Part shown: one piece after another, positions 58,261-64,000 of the stretch
Numbering within the stretch: the first letter of the stretch is position 1
How the letters are laid out: every line of letters begins with the position of its first letter
Assembly: GCA_030704615.1 (NCBI GenBank)
Contig: CM060731.1
Span: forward strand, 27,714,001 to 27,778,000
Length of the DNA stretch: 64,000 nucleotides
Source: Takakia lepidozioides
Taxonomy: Eukaryota; Plantae; Bryophyta
Direction of reading: 5' to 3'
Made by a program: the position numbers and the translations under genes
The notes under the pieces: generated by a model
Told to the model about the DNA's origin: nothing
The model's input: only the letters and a program-made list of their open reading frames with translations
The model's database searches: none

Positions 58261-61200
58261 ACCATAGTCGTGGGGAACAAAGTAATTCGTCAGTAAACAT
58301 GGTCCGACTAATCATATCCCTTGCACAAAGTGAACAACGCTGCCTTCTTGTGTGTGCAAGCGCGCGTTTGCACCTTGACGGCCTTCAAAGTTCACCCCCC
58401 ACATTCATCCATCCGCATACATATTCATCCCGTGTAATCTGTATTTGTACCATAGAATAATTCTTTTATGATATATATATATATATATATAGTTTTTGTT
58501 TTTGTTTTACCAAGACGTGTGACCAGTTCTGCGGGTCTTAGATTACACCGGATATCTAATCGCTACCCGGGTCCACGATCCGGACCGCCCCTGAAAAATA
58601 TGAAACCCTAGTAAGAATCCACCCACCCCTTGGTTTCATTGGCTGCTACCTGCCTCGAAATCCGAGCAGGGCTCATCGCACAGGAGGCAGACCCAGATGT
58701 AAGTTAAGTGGGGCCATGGCACTACGCTTGATGCACTGCTTTCACTTTTTTTTGCTTAATTGTTTTTAATTTAATTATGCTTTTTTAACCCTTAACTTCA
58801 CATTTTAACCCTTAACTTCGAACTAAGGGGAGGTTGGTTAGCCACCTACCAGCATTCATCCACAAAATTGACGTACACATACATACCTACCTAGCCTCTC
58901 CACCATCTCCCCAAATTTTAGGAATTTTAGTAATTTCAGTTTGAGAGATTATATTGGTTTTTGGGAGACGTTTGGAAAAATCCTTTATTTGCTTTGACCA
59001 AGCATGTTAAAGGGTTTTTTGAATTTTCCAAAAGGGCTACCCCAAATTTACATAATGTATAGTACAAATGCAAAGTGCATGCCAAATTTCATATCAAACA
59101 AATATTTTACTACATAGGTTGCTTTGTATGTGTTTTGGTGAGGGTTGATATATTCACCCCTAGGTATTCATCATTACCTCTACTTCTATTAATTTATTAT
59201 GTCATGGTTTGCATTTGTTTTTGGGGCCCTTGGATGTGCAGAGGCCCCTAGGTACTAGTAAGTAAGTAGTAAGTAGTAAAAATAGATAGTAAGATGTAGG
59301 AGAAGAGAGCCCAGCTCTCTTTATATACCCTAGGGTGGCGGTGGGACCCTTCTAGAAGGCCACCACCCTTGAAGCGGTGGGACGAGTGTTGGTATGGTAT
59401 CTTGACTTGGAAATACTAGAAGGGTCTTGGTATGCGGTGCTGAATGTTTTTTAGGCAGGTAGGTTTTCTAATAATGCAGCCCCTGATTTTTTCAAGTATG
59501 AATCTGGTATGCATAGAGTGGTTTAAAAAAAAATCAATCCGGATATGAGCAATGGTATGTGAATGTCAATAACCTAGAAATATGAACTCGAATATGGTAT
59601 TAGAAAATAATAAAATAAAAATGGTACTAGTATTCAATATTGAAATGGCCATTTGAATATTCAAGAAAACCACAAGGAAACTTGCTCATCTCATAGGATA
59701 CCAACCCCCATACAATTATACAGAGAATCAGAATTGCATCCATAGTGTCTCATAAACGCTCATAAGCACATGAAACCCATCCATAATGTCTATATGTGCA
59801 TATTAGCATGATACCCGAACAGACCTGCAGCGACGAGTCGAGCCCTAGTAGGGGCCGGGCAGTAATCGCCAGATTTCAACCTGGAAATGGGTCAACTACT
59901 TTTACTAAGAAATTATGGGATTAAAAATCAAGAAAATCGCCAGAAAGCGCCAAAGGATAAATACCAGCCAGATTTGTCCTACGTGAACCTGTTAAAATAT
60001 GATACCTGTAATATAGCCTCTTTTCCAGCTGTCACCTCGTTATTCTCGCCACATGGGCGTTGGGTAGAATCTACATGTCGCCCTGCCAGCGATTTTGGAA
60101 AAGAGAAAAAAAAAGCACTTGGGTGGGGAAAGGAGAACCCTAACAGCCGTCTGTTAGGGTTTGGGGGGCCGCTAGGGAACTAGAGAACCTTCTGGTAGGG
60201 TACTACAAATGTTTACGGGAATGGAGAATAGTAGGTTAGGTTAGGAGAGACCCGGGTTGATACCCGGCCAAACCCAAATACCAGACCAACACTAGGTGGG
60301 ACCTTCTAGAAGGCTGCCACGACGTCACTCCTAGAAACCACCACGCCTAACCCAACTCTATTCATGAACCATCCCCTATTTAATAAGTCTTACCTTCTTC
60401 CCTGCCCCCCTCCGCCCCCCTTACATGACAGTTATTAATTGAACTCCCGTTGTAGCTTACTATAACTCCTGCTTCATAATTTCTCTCTCTAATCCCCACA
60501 CCCCCTTTCAAACCTGGGCCCTTATTCACCCATCAAGCCTAAAGCTTTCCTCTAAAACATGTTGTCCCAAAAACCATAATCACACAAATCCCTTTGGTGA
60601 GGGGTTGTTTTACAATATCCATAAGCAATAGGAAAATTTCCAATAGGATCTATTGGTGAAAAAAACAGGATCGAACAATTTTGGCATCCTGGCCTAATAT
60701 ACTTCAATGGCCCAATGAGGGGGGGCCTCGTTTCAAGTCAACTCCCCTCCACCCAATAATTTTCCAACCTGTGCCTCCAGAAAAATCTGGAGATCACATG
60801 CCTGCTCCAAATGGCATGCAAGAAATTGGAGCAGGTGGGCTTTAAAGGGCCTCCGTCCCTTTAACCCTTAACTTCCTACGTGACCAGTTTCAGGTTGCGC
60901 TGTTTGAATGGACCATCCTAACTTTTACAGATGAAGTTTTTTTACATTCATTCCTTGAGGGCATTTATAGCGCATGAGGTGGCATATTAAAAGGGTGTCT
61001 ACCTCTTGTTTTTTTGGTTCCTGGGCCTTTTCCAGCCTCTATGGTGTACTTTTCGAGGTTATTTTTTCCTCGCCATTCTTCCATAATAAAATTTTCATCA
61101 GGGCCTCTGCCCCTGTTCTTATTAAAAAAGAAGAAGATGTCTTGGAAAAAATAACCAAGATAGGAGACCATAACGGTAGTACCCCTGAACCAACCACCTT

Positions 61201-62334
61201 GGGCTAAGCTCTACTCATAGCCATGGCTTAAGAATTTGACGGAATGTAACAAATAAAATTACCATGTAATTAAACAAATGATGAAGATACCATCCATAAA
61301 TTGAAATGACCAATTTAAAATAGACTTGGAACGACTCACTTCAATATTAAAATGGGCTGGTTGAATACTTCAAAAATTAGACCACCCAATATTGAAGTGG
61401 CCATTTTTGTAGTTCAAATGGTTCAAACAGCTCAACTAATTTTACCTTATGATTGTTATTATTTATTTTAATATTGTGGTCTCTTGGTGGTTGTGTTTTT
61501 TAGAATAGAGATATCGGTTAAAATCAAGGGATTTTGACTTTTACAAAAAGCGGAGTTGATATCAATGAAGCGTTTGCAGTTTGCTATAAGTTGAAACGAA
61601 CTAGTTGGCTGCGTTAACTATGGTGAGATCGGGACTCCACATGTTTCAATGGAATCTTACAAAACTCTCCACACAACAAGGTTTTTAAAAATAGAAACCT
61701 ACACAACAGTGGGAGGAACCAAAAACAAACATATAGTGCAACACATAACTAGAGAACAACACTTCATTACACATGTAGCCTATAGCCTATAGGCTGCCAA
61801 AACATGCAATACTGTCCCTTATCAACCGTTTAGGCATTTTCGCGGCTAATAATTATTAAAAACCAAACAGACTGCTTAGGCACATTTCTTAAACCATTTT
61901 CTCACATTAGGCATCTTCATGTATAAGTTTTTTGAATTAGGCACATGAGAAGAGAAAACATTTATTTTCATAAGAATAAAAATACAAAATAGAAACCCAA
62001 TGCCCATGGGCACTTGTTCCATGCCAACGGGCCAGCTCAAATCTCCTCCAAGCTTACAGGCTCCTACCCTTCATTTCCATGCAAACCCCTAAAAATGCAC
62101 CTATTTGTTGTACGTGGTGCTCCAAGGCTCAAGTTGGTAGAGTCACTAAGTCACTAGTGGTAAGCAAGAACTTATTTGATTTCAATAATGGTACGTGCTG
62201 GTACAATCCTCTTGAAATAGTGGTAAGTTGCAAGCTCTCCCTTCGCTCTCACACTTTAGTGGAGTTCAATAATGATAGTGCTCAATAGTGCAGGTACGCT
62301 AATACATGGCTCTTGAAATAGTGGTAAGCTGTAA

Positions 62335-64000
62335 TGTCGTGCGCATACATATCGCTACACAACTACATCGCTGTCCAAAACCACACAACACATGTGCACA
62401 CCACACACTAGTATACCACTAGTCCACCACTAGTCCAGCCACTAGTCCAACCACTAGGCTACAACTAGTCAGTCACTAGGCTGCCACTATGCTGTCCACT
62501 ATGGTAGTCACTAGTCCACACAATGATAAAGAAGAGGAATACAAGCACAAGCTCATGCGAGCTCACAAATCTGAAGCATAAACTCATGCATATATAACCT
62601 CATCACTCAAATACAAGTCAAGCCAAGTGCACCCCACGCCATGGGGAATCCACACTACGGCGCCATAGCTAGGCGCGGCGAGGCTCAACTCGAGAAAGAT
62701 GAGCCTCCCGCGCTTGCCGTGAAGATAACCACTCCACGGCCTAAATCTGCCTTGACCCCTGGATTGACACTTGGGCCAATCCCAAATGTCAATATGTAAA
62801 AGTTAGCTATTTCCTAGCTAGTTTCACACTAGTGGTAAAATAACTTGACAGCTGTCGTGCGCATACATATCGCTACACAACTACATCGTTGTCCAAAACC
62901 ACACAACACATGTGCACACCACACACTAGTATACCACTAGTCCACCACTAGTCCAACCACTAGTCCAACCACTAGGCTACAACTAGTCAGTCACTAGGCT
63001 GCCACTATGCTGCCCACTATGGCAGTCACTAGTCCACACAATCGCCCCCATAGCTGGTGCTTAGGTTCCTCTAAGTCCAGGTAGCCACAAGATGTGATAG
63101 TGACCATAGCATCACTAAGTTTTCCACCACTATCCCTACTACACTCAAACTCGATAGATCAAGAGGCCGGGTGCAAGAGTTGCCCCATCATTAGTCGCCG
63201 TCTTGCAACCTGTGAACTTGAGCTTGGGATCTCATGTATTGACTTCTATGAGCTTGGCCTCCCATGTCTTATTAGCTGCCTCCAGTCATGTCCACTGCCA
63301 CTATCCCAAGCAGTGTGGACACAACCAATCTCCGTCAGGAACTTTATCAAGAGGTGGTGTCAAGCATCCCATATGTCAACCCCTTGAGCATCGATCACAC
63401 ACCAGCATGGTGGCTGCCCCTTTGGCAGACCCACAGAGCATGCACCTCAAACTTGCAGGTACCACTGCCAAGTTTGGGTCAACTCTGCCATCGACATTGG
63501 GAAGGTGACATGGCGCACAATTACGCACATAGTCCTTCCAAGTCATGCCATCCCGACCCTCCAAGATCAGGACCCCTGAGGGCAACACCTCTTGAACCCT
63601 CAGAATAACACGCCCTGCAGTAACATTCAGAGTCATAGGAGCAATCTGTTGAAATAAACATAGTCACCAGGGCTAAACCTCCAAACCCCAGGACGATATC
63701 CTCCACCACGTATAGTGACATACCTCAACGTATCATGGTGCTGCGCAATGGCAAGGTTCTCAAAAGCCTTGGGCATGACTTTCTTGAACAACTCTGCATG
63801 CTGATCACATGCACGTACCCATACGTCCGGATCAACAAGGTTAAGGACTTGAGCAGTGTCCCTACGAATGGCTGCAGGCAAATCCGGCTCTCGGCCAAAG
63901 AGAAGGAAATATGGTGAGAAGGAGGCAAGTGATGCTTGTTTGCTGAACCTGTAGCCCATGGCTAACCAAGGAACCTGAAGATCCCAATCTCCTAGGTGTC
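62335..64000 (-). mobile_element. 3' end of a third Ty3/gypsy copy (family 2), truncated by the window edge
   Basis: A 62335-62523, B 62524-62850, gc, A' 62853-63041, PPT 63042-63055, then PHD and IN C-terminus nearly identical to copy 2. Confidence 0.92.

Noticed and set aside
58740-62330. AT-rich region with short repeated motifs (taacccttaacttc; gtgggacc.ttctagaaggc at ~59341 and ~60296)
   Set aside because: Probably TE remnants, but no TIR/TSD pair or coding motif could be established; not telomeric arrays.

Overview
Eukaryotic nuclear DNA from a land plant, probably a non-seed plant (inferred from the PLS-DYW PPR gene and repeat content; the species cannot be determined). There are three host genes: a multi-exon malectin-domain kinesin-14 (+, ~44-11899), an intronless ALIX/BRO1 gene (+, 44415-46997), and a spliced PLS-class PPR-E-DYW editing factor with two N-terminal OSB-type 'PDF' motifs (-, 56091-51584). 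Region 13521-~40400 is a near full-length RTE/RTEX-like LINE (-) whose RT region is interrupted by two ~11-kb Ty3/gypsy-type retrotransposons (14518-25525 and 26180-37276). A third copy starts at 62335 and runs off the window. These elements are the standout. (i) Their termini are permuted/split: B-internal-PPT-A-gc-B-A. They still have a DDE integrase and 4-bp TSDs, which fits integration from a circle opened at a palindromic GACA-GC-TGTC site. (ii) They lack a tRNA PBS and carry a self-priming PBS that co-varies with a hairpin inside the LTR. (iii) Pol encodes a DNMT3-like C5 DNA methyltransferase between protease and RT. (iv) The integrase ends in a PHD finger. Both complete copies are decayed. 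Also present: nested hAT MITEs, a tRNA-derived SINE, many LINE 3' fragments, and PPR and GH17 pseudogene fragments. All calls are by eye; no database searches were run.
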